Of a stretch of 64,000 nucleotides of DNA, positions 18,532 through 27,964 are shown in pieces. How positions within the stretch are numbered: position 1 is the stretch's first letter; each line of letters begins with the position of its first letter. Origin of the DNA: a virus; the IMG/VR virus record IMGVR_UViG_3300037420_001736, positions 1-64,000 of that record, one strand, 5' to 3'. The translations under genes and the position numbers were made by a program. Under the pieces are notes generated by a model, which saw only the letters and a list, made by a program, of their open reading frames with translations, was not told the origin of the DNA and ran no database searches.

Positions 18532-19854
18532 TCAGCCGGCGGTGTTGATCTTGAATGCGTCGTCGGTGACGCGCGTCACGAACAACTGCAGGCCAGCTTC
18601 GAGCGCGCCCTTGCGCAGCGCCTCGCGCGAGTCCTTGTCCAGCGCCTCGATGCGGTCGACGCACACGATGCCGAGATCGCCGGCGCGCAGCTTGGCGAGC
18701 TCGACGGCGATGGACACCTGCTGCGCGGTGTTGAGGCGATCGAACGGCACGCCGTCGCGCATCACCTGGCCGTCCTGCACCACCAGGCCCGGGATGGGCA
18801 GGTTGTTCAGCAGCTCGCCCTTGTAGGTGTCGAGGTCGGTCAGGGCCTTCGTCTGGCGCTCGGCGTCGGCGCGCAGGTGCTCGGCATGTTCCTCCAGCTG
18901 AGCGATCGTCTCCAGCGTGCCCTGGCGCTTCGCCGCGGCGTCGCGATTGGCGCGGATGGCGGCCAGCGCCTCGCGCTTCGGGCCAGTGGCGACCAGGTGA
19001 TCGGCGTTGGCCTTGTCGCGCGCGGCCGCGGCCCTCTGGCGGTTCTCGTCGAGCGTGGCGCTGAGCTGGTCGACCTGCAGCTGCGCGGCCGCCTTCAGCG
19101 CATCGATGTCAGCCTGCAGCTTCGTGCGGATCGCGTCCACGGTATCGTGGTGCGCCCGCTCCAGGCCGCTCAGCTTCGCCTGGATCTTGCCCAGCTTGTC
19201 GTCGCGCGCGGCCGCCGCGGCGGCGATGTCGGCGTCCAGGCTGGCCTCGTCTCCTTCGATGCCGCCAGGCGCCTCGGGCAGCGCCTGGCGCAGCTGGCTG
19301 ATGGTGGCCTCCTTCTCCTTCACCGCGCGGTTGGTGCCGGTGCGGTCGTCATAGACCTGCTTGCGCACGGTCTCGATGACATCGAGCGCGTGACCGTCGA
19401 CACCCTTGGTGTCGATGCCGGTGATCTCGATCAGCCGCGCCGGGTCGGCCTTCAGCGGCATGGCCTCCAGCAGCACGCGCACGCGCTCTTTCTCGCTGGC
19501 GGCCAGGAACGCCACCGGGTTGACCGACAGCACGTCGATCAGGCCCTGGATCACGCTGGCAGGCCGCGCCATGCGCTTGCCGTCGGAGTCGCGCACCACG
19601 GTCGTGCTGGTGCCGGGCTTGATCGTCTTGATGATCTCGGTGCCATCGTCGAGCACCAGCACGGCCTCGCCTTGCTCGGCGCCCTTGCGCAGCAGCGTGG
19701 CGTCGTGGCCTTCCTTCAGCGCGGCTTTGATCGCCTCCAGCACCGACGTCTTGCCGGTGCCGTTCTGGCCGCTGATCTGGGTGTAGCCCTTGGGGCTCAA
19801 TTCGAGCTCGGCGATGCCGAGCACGTTGGAGATTCGGATTTGGGAGATGCGCAC
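18532..19854 (-). CDS. SMC/RecN/SbcC-like coiled-coil ATPase
   Basis: GTG at 19854 after AAGGA. VRISQIRISNVLG...GQNGTGKTSVLEAI (Walker A). Long coiled coil. C-terminal LGIVCVDRIEALD. Confidence 0.75.
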   Translation of the reverse strand: MRISQIRISNVLGIAELELSPKGYTQISGQNGTGKTSVLEAIKAALKEGHDATLLRKGAEQGEAVLVLDDGTEIIKTIKPGTSTTVVRDSDGKRMARPASVIQGLIDVLSVNPVAFLAASEKERVRVLLEAMPLKADPARLIEITGIDTKGVDGHALDVIETVRKQVYDDRTGTNRAVKEKEATISQLRQALPEAPGGIEGDEASLDADIAAAAAARDDKLGKIQAKLSGLERAHHDTVDAIRTKLQADIDALKAAAQLQVDQLSATLDENRQRAAAARDKANADHLVATGPKREALAAIRANRDAAAKRQGTLETIAQLEEHAEHLRADAERQTKALTDLDTYKGELLNNLPIPGLVVQDGQVMRDGVPFDRLNTAQQVSIAVELAKLRAGDLGIVCVDRIEALDKDSREALRKGALEAGLQLFVTRVTDDAFKINTAG

Positions 19855-19858
19855 GGGT

Positions 19859-20452
19859 TCAGTCCTTGGTGGCTTCGTCGATGAGGCTCTGCGCTTTCGA
19901 GAAGTTCTCTCTGGCGATTGCGATGGTGATGGCGTGCCAGCGGTCGACCAGGCGGCTCCATTGCGGCGAAACATCCCGCATGCTCGGAGCGAAGGCCTGG
20001 TTCAGGTCGCAGGCGTCGAGCATGTCCAGGCAGCGGCGGACGTCGTCGACGTCGCTGGGATGGCGGGGTCGATCACCGTCCAGCAGGTTGACGCCGGTAA
20101 GAACCTGGAAGGCCGTGTCAGAGCTCAGGCCCCGCTCGCCGCAGGCCAACCATTCAATCTGCTTCGGCGTGAGGCCGATGGCGCTGTAGCGCTGCTGGGC
20201 GCGCGCGATGGCGTTGGCGCGCAGTGAGGCCTTCAGATTCTCCAGGTCCTCGCGCAGTCCAAAGGCGAAGTTCGCGCCGGCCATGGCGGCGGCCGTAGGA
20301 TCGATGACGGCCTTGCGCGGCGCCAGCTTGGCGATCGACTGGAAGTCGCCGGCCGGCACGCTGCCGAAGATCAGGATGCAGCCGGCCTGGTGGCGGATGG
20401 TGTACTCGGTGTAGTCGTCGCCGCCGACGACGAAGGTCGCATTGAAGCTCAT
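19859..20452 (-). CDS. Hypothetical protein
   Basis: GGAGGTGA RBS before MSFNATFVVGG. 197 aa. Confidence 0.5.
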   Translation of the reverse strand: MSFNATFVVGGDDYTEYTIRHQAGCILIFGSVPAGDFQSIAKLAPRKAVIDPTAAAMAGANFAFGLREDLENLKASLRANAIARAQQRYSAIGLTPKQIEWLACGERGLSSDTAFQVLTGVNLLDGDRPRHPSDVDDVRRCLDMLDACDLNQAFAPSMRDVSPQWSRLVDRWHAITIAIARENFSKAQSLIDEATKD

Positions 20453-20454
20453 GC

Positions 20455-21315
20455 TCACCTCCGCGTCCACGTCGGCAGGCTCAGCGGCTGCACTTCGTCG
20501 CCGAAGCCCGGCCACTCGTTGACGCGGCTGGCGTTGACAATGCGCATGAACTGCTCGCGCGCCTGGAGGCGGCCGCGCTCGACCTGGTCGGGATCGATGA
20601 AGTACAGCCCGATCTCGTAGGGCGGCTCCTTCTCGACGGCCATGAACACCCAGTGCGGCGGGTGCTCGCCGAAGGCCGCGTCGAGCACGTCCTGGTAAAA
20701 CGGCGGCTGCCAGTCATACCGATAGTTGAACGCCGACTTGCCGAAGCCGTTGGGGCTGGCGTCGTCGGTGCTCTTGACGTCGACGATGTGGTTGCCACCC
20801 TCGTGCAGCGCGTCGACCTGGCACTTCACGAGCTCGCCGGTCTCGGGGTCGATGGCGAACACCGGCTGCTCGAAGCGGCAGCCCGCCAGCAGGCCGCGCG
20901 CCACCGGGTGGCGCTGCACCGCGTCGCGCACGGCCAGCACGGTCTGGAAGTCTTCGTCCTTCAGGATGGTCTTCGCCGCGTGCTCGGCGCAGAAGCCGGC
21001 CCATTCCGCCTTGCCGGCGTTGCTGCGCTTGTCGATGCCAGGGTCGGCGATGTAGAGCGAGCGCAGCAGGTCCGGCTGCAGCACCGCGCAGTGGATCGCG
21101 TTGCCGAGGATCTTCGCCGGCGTCTGCTTCTGCACGATGCGCTGGTCGAGCGGCGCGCGGTACTTGAACCAGTATTTGCGCAGGCCGTTGTCGGCCACGA
21201 AATCAAGGTGCGACTTCGAGACGCCAAGCGCCGCGTGGTATTCGTCGTTGGTCATCTCGACCAGGCCGAGCTGCACCACCTCTCCTGTGGGCGCGTCGAT
21301 GTATTCGCTGGGCAT
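20455..21315 (-). CDS. PD-(D/E)XK (RecB/Cas4-like) exonuclease
   Basis: VDALHEGGNHIVDVKST (D...D-x-K) and QPPFYQDVL (QxxxY). 286 aa. Confidence 0.75.
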   Translation of the reverse strand: MPSEYIDAPTGEVVQLGLVEMTNDEYHAALGVSKSHLDFVADNGLRKYWFKYRAPLDQRIVQKQTPAKILGNAIHCAVLQPDLLRSLYIADPGIDKRSNAGKAEWAGFCAEHAAKTILKDEDFQTVLAVRDAVQRHPVARGLLAGCRFEQPVFAIDPETGELVKCQVDALHEGGNHIVDVKSTDDASPNGFGKSAFNYRYDWQPPFYQDVLDAAFGEHPPHWVFMAVEKEPPYEIGLYFIDPDQVERGRLQAREQFMRIVNASRVNEWPGFGDEVQPLSLPTWTRR

Positions 21316-21521
21316 TGTTTGCGGGTGGGGTAGTGTTCGTGACGGCGATTGTTAATCAAATTTGAGCAGGCTACAAGCGGTCGCCCCGCTTTCTCTTTTT
21401 GATACACCGCCTACACTCGAAACATCACGCCAGGTCACGGAAGTTCACTGCGTTCTGTTTGCCGGCTTGATCAAAAGCGGTACACTCGGAGCCACTTTTA
21501 TTTGATCAACCTAGGACCAAG
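21316..21521. promoter_or_regulatory. Divergent early promoter/operator region
   Basis: Low-GC 206-bp spacer. Palindromic box TAATCAAATTTGAGCA (21353-21368). TTGATA/TTGATC boxes, each followed by TACACTCG (21413, 21481). TTTGATCAAC at 21501. Confidence 0.6.
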
Positions 21522-21740
21522 ATGCCTCAACCGTCGTTCGGCAAGGTCTTTCGCGAGCGCCTGAAGGCGATCGAAGCCGAAGCCACGGCTGCCGGCCTCA
21601 ACTGGACCACGATCTGCAACGAGGCTGGCATCAGCCGCGCGACGCCGGATCGCTGGAAGAAGCAGACGCCCAAGACCGTCAAGCTGATCGAGACCATCGA
21701 GAAGGTGGTCGAGAAGCACAAGGCTGACGCCAAGAAGTAA
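21522..21740 (+). CDS. Small HTH regulator (Cro/Ner-like)
   Basis: 72 aa. NWTTICNEAGISRATPDRWKK is helix-turn-helix-like. First gene of the rightward operon. Confidence 0.55.
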   Translation: MPQPSFGKVFRERLKAIEAEATAAGLNWTTICNEAGISRATPDRWKKQTPKTVKLIETIEKVVEKHKADAKK

Positions 21741-21796
21741 GCGCTGAACAACAGTTGGGTGCAGCATCCTCATAGCGCTGCGCCTGGGACGAGTGC

Positions 21797-23314
21797 ATGT
21801 CGAAGATCCAGCTTCGCGATTACCAGTCGACGGCAGTGCAGGAGGTGAGGGTCGCATTCCGCGAGCAGCAATGGCCGGTGCTGTTCGTGCTGCCAACCGG
21901 CGGCGGCAAGACCTACACCTTCAGCTATATCGCCGACAGCGCAGCGCAGCGCGGCCGCCTGGTGATCATCATCGTGCACCGCAAGGAGCTGCTGCTGCAG
22001 GCCTCGGCGTCGCTGATGAACCTGGGCATCGAGCACGGCCTGATCAGCCCCGACTTCACGCCATCGCTGCATGCGCAGGTGCAGGTCGCCAGCGTCGACA
22101 CGTTGCTGCTGCGGCTGAAGAAGCCGCACTACGCGCAGCTGCTCAAGCGCTGCGGCCTGGTGATCTTCGACGAGGCGCACCACGTCGTCGACGGCAACAA
22201 GTGGGGCCGCTGCTACGAGGCGCTTGGCAAGCCGCCGATGCTCGGCGTGACGGCCACGCCGGTGCGCACCGACGGCAAGGGCCTGGGCGAGCACGCGGGT
22301 GGGCTGTTCAAGACCATGGTGCTGGGCCCGTCGGTGGCCGAGCTGATCGAGCGCCGCATGCTGATCAATCCGCAGGTCTACACCAGCCTGGACCTACCGG
22401 ACCTGGAGGGGCTGAAGACCACGCGCGAGGGCGACTACGACCGCGCCGCGCTGGCCGAGCGCGTCGACAAGCCGCGCATCACCGGCTCAGCCGTCGATCA
22501 CTATCGCGAGCTCTGCCCAGGCCGGCGCGCCATCGTGTTCTGCAGCTCGATCGAGCACGCGAAGCACGTGCGCGACCAATTCAACGCAGCGGGCTATCGC
22601 TTCGAGCTGCTGGTCGGTGCGCCGGAGATGAGCGACGACGAGCGCACCGCGGTGAACAAGCGGCTGCGCCGCGGCGAGATCCACGGCGCGTGCACCGTCG
22701 ACCTAGTGAGCGAGGGCTACGACCTGCCGGACCTGGAGGTCTGCATCATGCTGCGGCCGACCGCCAGCGAGGCGCTGTTCCTGCAGCAGGTCGGCCGCGT
22801 GATGCGCATCAGCGACGGCAAGGTGATGTGCTGGTTGCTCGACCACGTGGGCAATGTGGGGCGCATGGTCGACGGCGCTTTCAAGCGCAAGCACGGCCTG
22901 CCGAACGAGGCGCGCGAATGGACGCTGGACGGGCGCAAGAAGAAGAAAAAGAAGGCCGCCGACGATGAGCCGACCGTCCCGCTCAAGCAATGCCCCACCT
23001 GCTACGTGGTCCATGAGCCTGCACCGGCCTGCCCGGCCTGCGGCCACGTCTACCCGGTCGCCAATCGCGAGGCCGAGCAGGTCGACGGCAAGCTGCAGCA
23101 GATCACCGCCGAGATGGCCGCACAGCTGGCCGTCAAGCGCAAGAAAGAGGTGCAGCGCGCGCAGACCCGAGATGAGCTGGATCGCATCGCCAAGGAGCGC
23201 GGCTACAGCGATGCATGGGTCGACACGATGCTCGCTGTCAAAGAGAAGACACGCGCCAAGTACCGCCGCCCCGAGCCTCCGATCGAGGTCTATGAGGCCG
23301 ATTTTTTCCGTTGA
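21797..23314 (+). CDS. SF2 (DEAD/DEAH, Res-subunit-like) helicase with C-terminal zinc ribbon
   Basis: LPTGGGKTY (motif I), VIFDEAHHV (motif II), CPTCYVVHEPAPACPACGH. Confidence 0.85.
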   Translation: MSKIQLRDYQSTAVQEVRVAFREQQWPVLFVLPTGGGKTYTFSYIADSAAQRGRLVIIIVHRKELLLQASASLMNLGIEHGLISPDFTPSLHAQVQVASVDTLLLRLKKPHYAQLLKRCGLVIFDEAHHVVDGNKWGRCYEALGKPPMLGVTATPVRTDGKGLGEHAGGLFKTMVLGPSVAELIERRMLINPQVYTSLDLPDLEGLKTTREGDYDRAALAERVDKPRITGSAVDHYRELCPGRRAIVFCSSIEHAKHVRDQFNAAGYRFELLVGAPEMSDDERTAVNKRLRRGEIHGACTVDLVSEGYDLPDLEVCIMLRPTASEALFLQQVGRVMRISDGKVMCWLLDHVGNVGRMVDGAFKRKHGLPNEAREWTLDGRKKKKKKAADDEPTVPLKQCPTCYVVHEPAPACPACGHVYPVANREAEQVDGKLQQITAEMAAQLAVKRKKEVQRAQTRDELDRIAKERGYSDAWVDTMLAVKEKTRAKYRRPEPPIEVYEADFFR

Positions 23315-23335
23315 CCACCACCACGAAAGACCACC

Positions 23336-23785
23336 ATGTCATCCCTGAACCAAGTCCAAATCATCGGCCGCCTCGGCAAGGATCCCGACGTGCGCTTCAT
23401 GCCCAGCGGCGAGGCCATCGCCACGCTCAGCGTTGCCACGTCCGAGACGTGGAAGGACAAGCAAAGCGGCGAGAAGAAGGAGGCCACCGAATGGCACCGC
23501 GTGGTGCTGTTCGGAAAGCTGGCCGAGATCGCGCAGCAGTACCTGAAGAAGGGCGCGCTGGCGTTCTTCCAGGGCAAGCTGAAGACACGCAAGTGGCAGG
23601 ACAAGGACGGCAGCGACCGCTACACCACCGAGATCAGCGCGCACGAGATGAAGATGCTCGGCGGCAAGTCGGATGGCGACGCTGGTGGCCCGCCTGCGCA
23701 GGGATCGGCGCAGCGCCCGGCTGCCGCACCAGCGCCGCGCCAGCAGCCGCGCCAGGACGATCTGGACCCGGACATCCCCTTCTGA
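23336..23785 (+). CDS. ssb: Single-stranded DNA-binding protein
   Basis: [42 protein letters not shown]...[14 protein letters not shown]. Acidic tail DDLDPDIPF. Confidence 0.95.
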   Translation: MSSLNQVQIIGRLGKDPDVRFMPSGEAIATLSVATSETWKDKQSGEKKEATEWHRVVLFGKLAEIAQQYLKKGALAFFQGKLKTRKWQDKDGSDRYTTEISAHEMKMLGGKSDGDAGGPPAQGSAQRPAAAPAPRQQPRQDDLDPDIPF

Positions 23786-23861
23786 GCTCCGGCGTCATCC
23801 AGTCACGCTTATGTCGTGACGTAACAGTGAAGGCACCCCACCAGCCACCTGGAGTGCCCAC

Positions 23862-24233
23862 ATGAGCTCTCGCAAGCACAGCCACTACTTCAAGGACGTC
23901 AGCCACCTGCGCGAGGTCGACGTCTATCGCTTGCTGCACCTGTTCGGCGTCACCGACCAGGCCATCGGCCACGCGATCAAGAAGCTGCTGCTGGCGGGGC
24001 AGCGCGGGCGCAAGGCCGAGCTCGGCCAGACGTTCGAGAAGGACATCGGCGAGGCCCTCGACACGCTCAAGCGCTGGCAGGAGATGCGCGAGGAGGATGC
24101 GCGTGGACCGCTGCCGGCCGCCGATGCGCCGGCCGTGCTGCAGCCGTGCAGCTGCCGCGCCAACTGCAAGGGCCCCACGCCGGGCCAGGAGTGCCAGCGC
24201 TTCGCGCGCCCGCTGACCATCGGCGAGTGCTGA
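23862..24233 (+). CDS. DUF3310-like phage protein
   Basis: HSHYFKDVSHLREVDVYRLLHLFGVTDQAIGHAIKKLLLAGQRGRK resembles DUF3310. Confidence 0.45.
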   Translation: MSSRKHSHYFKDVSHLREVDVYRLLHLFGVTDQAIGHAIKKLLLAGQRGRKAELGQTFEKDIGEALDTLKRWQEMREEDARGPLPAADAPAVLQPCSCRANCKGPTPGQECQRFARPLTIGEC

Positions 24234-24234
24234 C

Positions 24235-24738
24235 GTGGCCGCTGAAGCCACTGTCTTGCGCCAGTGCTGGCTGGCCGTCGGCCGCTGGTGCCGCGTGTTC
24301 CGCCTGAACTCAGGCGTCGCCTGGGTCGGCAACGGGCCGCCCGAGCGCCAGGCCGACGGCAGCGTCGTGCTGCGCGGCGCGCGCCCCATCACGCTCGGCT
24401 TCGGCCTGCCAGACGGCAAGCCGCTGGCGGGCCCGAGCGACCTGGTCGGCTGGACCGAGGTGGAGATCACCCCCAAGATGGTGGGATTGCGCATTCCTGT
24501 TTTCACAGGCATCGAGACCAAGCGCACCGATGGTGGCAAGAGGCGCGATGCGCAAGTCAACTTTGCGCAACAGGTCTCACGAGCGGGCGGAATTGCAGGC
24601 TTCGCCAACTCACCGGCCGTTGCACAATCGCTGGTCCGCGACTGGGCGTCCCGGGTCGGTGCGAAGCTAGTAGAAACCCTCCCTACAAGTGGTGACGCAC
24701 ACTCACCAAAAATGAGGAAGGGGGACTACACTCCCTAA
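24235..24738 (+). CDS. VRR-NUC domain nuclease
   Basis: RVFRLNSGVAW...GPSDLVGWTEV...FTGIETKRTDGGKRRDAQVNFAQQVSRAGGIAG matches the VRR-NUC pattern. Confidence 0.7.
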   Translation: MAAEATVLRQCWLAVGRWCRVFRLNSGVAWVGNGPPERQADGSVVLRGARPITLGFGLPDGKPLAGPSDLVGWTEVEITPKMVGLRIPVFTGIETKRTDGGKRRDAQVNFAQQVSRAGGIAGFANSPAVAQSLVRDWASRVGAKLVETLPTSGDAHSPKMRKGDYTP

Positions 24739-24763
24739 CACGCACCCCCTGCAAGTTAGGGGG

Positions 24764-24798
24764 ACAAAAAAATGCCGAGGTGGTCGCAACACCTCGGC
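24764..24798 (-). terminator. Minus-strand rho-independent terminator in the VRR-NUC/primase spacer
   Basis: GCCGAGGTG-7 nt-CACCTCGGC hairpin, followed on the minus strand by ATTTTTTTG. Confidence 0.6.
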
Positions 24799-25040
24799 GT
24801 CTCGTCGATACAAGTGGCAGGTCTGTCGCAAAGGCCTCCTTTCGTTCAGTGCACGGCTAGGGGGCACCCGAAAAGCGTCTTGCCAGCGCCTGCCGCCGCA
24901 CCCCACCCGGCAACTTCTTGGGCAGAAGAAGAAAATGGGATGCACGGTCTATGAGGCAGGTTCTGTGCCTGCCCTGTGCGGAGTATTCGCACAGAAAACG
25001 CCAATTGGCGCGGTAAGCCCTACAGCAATCAGCTGCAATT
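24764..25040 (-). ncRNA. Candidate small non-coding RNA (minus strand)
   Basis: 308-bp gene-free, lower-GC spacer. Hairpins CTGTGCG..CGCACAG and GGCAGG..CCTGCC. Possible -10 TAATAAT near 25030. Ends at the terminator above. Confidence 0.3.
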
Positions 25041-25046
25041 ATTACC

Positions 25047-27920
25047 GTGAGGGTGGGCGTGGAATCACTCTCGCTTGACGCGGTCAGGGCAGCGCTCAGC
25101 GTCCTGTCGCCGGCCGACCGCTTCATGCGGGTCAGGATCGGCGAGGCCATCAAGGACGAGTTCGGCGACGCTGGCTTCGATACCTGGGACACCTGGTATC
25201 AGGGGCACGACCGCCACACGGCCAACGAGGCGAAATCGGCCTGGAAGTCCTTCGGCAAGGGTGGCCCCAAGCGCTGCACCATCGCCACCCTGGTCTACGA
25301 GGCCAAGAGGGCCGGCTTCAAGTTCACCAAGAAGCATCAGCTGAAGCAAACCGCCGAGGAGCGCGCGCGCTTCGAGGCCGAGCGCGCCGCGCGCCGCGCC
25401 GCCCTGGAGGCCGAGGCCGCCGCGCAGGAGGCCGCCGCCGCCGAGCGCGCAGCGGCGATCTGGGCGGCTGCCGGCGAGGATCCTGCCGGCCACCCGTACC
25501 TGGCGCGCAAGGGCATCCAGCCGCTCGGCAGCGTGCGCCGCGCGCGCGAGTGGGTGAAGGAGTGGACCGACGCCGAGGGCGAGATCCGCACCATCACGTT
25601 CAAGGACGCGCTGCTGGTGCCGATCTGGTCGGCGCCGGGCAAGCTTGCGAGCCTGCAGGCGATCCTGCCGTCCAAGGTGATCGGCCGCGAGGGCGAGAAG
25701 CGCGACAAGGACTATCTCACCGGAGGCCGCAAGCACGGCTGCTACTGCGTGCTGGGCCGCGTGAAGGATGCGGCCGTGGTGCTGGTGTGTGAGGGCTACG
25801 CCACCGGCGTCAGCCTGCACCAGGCCACCGGCTATCCGGTGATGGTGGCGTTCGACGCGAGCAACCTGCAGGCCGTGGCCGAGCAGCTGCGCGCGAAGCT
25901 GCCCGAGGTGCCGATCGTCATCTGCGCCGACAACGACCAGTTCACCAGGCCGCGGCGCGACGGCTCGAAGTGGAACCCTGGTGTCGAGAACGCCACCGCG
26001 GCAGCCGAGGCCTGCAAGGGCCTGGTGGCCGTGCCGCAGTTCGACAGCCTGGAGGACGAGCCGACCGACTTCAACGACCTGGCGCAGCGCCAGGGTGAGG
26101 CCGCGGTGCACGACGCCATCGAGCTCGCGCTGCGGCCGCCGGCGCCGGCACCGGCACCGGCCGAGGCGCCGCCGTGGGACGGCGAGGAGCAGCCGCCTGC
26201 GGCCGCGCCAGCGCCCGACGCACCGAAGTCCGAGGGCGACGACGGCGGCGAGGACGACGAACCCGGCATGCCGGAGAAAAACGGCTACTTCGCGGTGCTG
26301 GGCTACGATCACGGCGCCTACTACGTGTTCGTGCACGGCAAGCGCCAGCTGATGGTGATGCACAAGGGCGACATGGGCCTCAACGGCTTCCTGGAGCTCG
26401 CGCCGCTGAATTGGTGGGAGATGCACTTCCCGCCGCCCAGCGAGAAGACCAAGATCGACACGCCGGCCGCGGCCAACTTCCTGATCCAGACCGCGCACAA
26501 GCGCGGCATCTACGACCCGACGCGCATCCGCGGCCGCGGCGCCTGGGAGGACGAGGGCCGCATCGTGTTCCACCACGGCGGCTACCTCAGCGTCGACGGC
26601 GTGCCCACCGACATCACGGCCATCAAGTCGCGCTACGTCTACGAGCTCAACCGCTCGCTGCCGGAGCCGGCCGAGGATGCGCTGACCAGCGACGAGGGCG
26701 AGGCGCTGCTGTCGATCGCCGAGCGCTTCCGCTGGGCCACGCCGGGGTCGGCCGCGCTCATGCTCGGCTGGGTCGCGCTGGCGCCGGTGTGCGGCGCGCT
26801 GCCCTGGCGGCCGCACCTGTGGCTGACCGGCGGCGCCGGCAGCGGCAAGTCGACCGTGCTGACAAAGTTCGGTCACCACCTGCTGTCGGGTATCGACGTC
26901 TACGCGCTGGGCAAGAGCACGGAGCCCGGCATCCGCCAGGAGCTCAAGAGCGACGCGCGGCCGGTCATGATGGACGAGTCCGAATCCAACGAGGAGGACG
27001 ACGTCAGGCGCATCCAGAACATTTTGGGCCTGATCCGCCAGGCCTCCAGCGAGACCGGTGCCAAGACCTACAAGGGCACTGCCACCGGCCATGCGCTGAG
27101 CTTCGACGTGCGCAGCATGTTCTGCCTGGCCTCGATCCAGGTGGCGCTGAAGCAGAAGGCCGACATCGACCGCCTCACGGTGCTGGCGCTGCGCTCGACC
27201 ACCGAGGAGGAGAAGGACGGCGCCGGCGAGGAGTGGCGCACGCTGCGCGAGATCCTGCACGGGCTGCACAAGGACCGCACGCTGCCGGCGCGCCTGCTGC
27301 GCCGGGTGATCGACCAGCTGCCGGTGACGCTGCAGGCCATCACGGTGTTCTGCGATGCGGCGGCCGACAAGTTCGGCAGCCAGCGCGACGGCGACCAGTA
27401 CGGCACGCTGCTGGCCGGCGCCTGGTCGCTGATCAGCACGCAGGTGCCCACGCGCGAGCAGGCCGTCGAGCTGATCGAGCGCTACGACTGGAGCGAGTAC
27501 CGCGAGCGCAGCGACGAGGACGAGTCCAAGCGCGCGCTGGCCGCGCTGCTGGAGGCGCACATCCGCGTGCACGGCGGCATCGAGGTGACGGTGTTCGAGC
27601 TCGTGGCCGCGGCCAGCCAGCGGCCGACCGACGTGGTGGACCTGACGGCACCGAAGGCGCAGGCCTTCCTGGAGCGCCATGGCCTGAAGGTGAAGGACAA
27701 CCACCTGCTGGTGTCCAACACCAGCGTCGAGCTGCGCAACCTCATGAGCGGCACACAGTTCGCCGCCGACCTGCGCGGCCTGCTGCTGCGCACGCCCGGG
27801 GCCATCAAGTGGGAGAAGGCCGTGAAGTTCAGCGGCGCCGTCTCGCGCGCGATCGCGCTGCCGCTGGAGCCGATCGTCGGCCACCTGGTGGTGGTGGCGC
27901 CTGATGAGCGGCCGTTCTGA
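25047..27920 (+). CDS. Bifunctional primase-helicase (TOPRIM plus P-loop helicase, P4 alpha-like)
   Basis: TOPRIM VLVCEGYATGVSLH...VICADNDQF. Walker A LTGGAGSGKSTVL. Walker B RPVMMDESE. 957 aa. Confidence 0.85.
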   Translation: MRVGVESLSLDAVRAALSVLSPADRFMRVRIGEAIKDEFGDAGFDTWDTWYQGHDRHTANEAKSAWKSFGKGGPKRCTIATLVYEAKRAGFKFTKKHQLKQTAEERARFEAERAARRAALEAEAAAQEAAAAERAAAIWAAAGEDPAGHPYLARKGIQPLGSVRRAREWVKEWTDAEGEIRTITFKDALLVPIWSAPGKLASLQAILPSKVIGREGEKRDKDYLTGGRKHGCYCVLGRVKDAAVVLVCEGYATGVSLHQATGYPVMVAFDASNLQAVAEQLRAKLPEVPIVICADNDQFTRPRRDGSKWNPGVENATAAAEACKGLVAVPQFDSLEDEPTDFNDLAQRQGEAAVHDAIELALRPPAPAPAPAEAPPWDGEEQPPAAAPAPDAPKSEGDDGGEDDEPGMPEKNGYFAVLGYDHGAYYVFVHGKRQLMVMHKGDMGLNGFLELAPLNWWEMHFPPPSEKTKIDTPAAANFLIQTAHKRGIYDPTRIRGRGAWEDEGRIVFHHGGYLSVDGVPTDITAIKSRYVYELNRSLPEPAEDALTSDEGEALLSIAERFRWATPGSAALMLGWVALAPVCGALPWRPHLWLTGGAGSGKSTVLTKFGHHLLSGIDVYALGKSTEPGIRQELKSDARPVMMDESESNEEDDVRRIQNILGLIRQASSETGAKTYKGTATGHALSFDVRSMFCLASIQVALKQKADIDRLTVLALRSTTEEEKDGAGEEWRTLREILHGLHKDRTLPARLLRRVIDQLPVTLQAITVFCDAAADKFGSQRDGDQYGTLLAGAWSLISTQVPTREQAVELIERYDWSEYRERSDEDESKRALAALLEAHIRVHGGIEVTVFELVAAASQRPTDVVDLTAPKAQAFLERHGLKVKDNHLLVSNTSVELRNLMSGTQFAADLRGLLLRTPGAIKWEKAVKFSGAVSRAIALPLEPIVGHLVVVAPDERPF

Positions 27921-27936
27921 TCAGCCAGCTGCAGGC

Positions 27937-27964
27937 GAAAAAAGACCCGGGGCGGGCCCGGGTC
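27937..27964 (-). terminator. Minus-strand terminator after the 28020 gene
   Basis: GACCCGGG-5 nt-CCCGGGTC hairpin, followed on the minus strand by TCTTTTTT. Confidence 0.6.

Noticed and set aside
24703-24945. 80-aa minus-strand ORF, or its 41-aa TTG-initiated version behind an AAAGGAGG sequence, in the primase upstream spacer
   Set aside because: The product is Cys/Arg/Pro-rich and the ORF reads through the terminator hairpin and T-run. An RNA element seems more likely than a protein.
25065-27884. Very long antisense ORFs. Examples: 25065-27884, 6588-8285, 50830-52569, 52218-54215, 59954-61561 and 61601-63994 on the minus strand; 15032-16321, 16318-17967 and 18505-19884 on the + strand.
   Set aside because: These are typical shadow ORFs of 65-67% GC DNA. 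Their products are Arg/Ala/Gly/His-rich with no motifs, while the opposite strand encodes proteins with clear motifs (primase-helicase, tail fiber, portal, Zeta-like kinase, polyvalent protein, helicase, ATPase).
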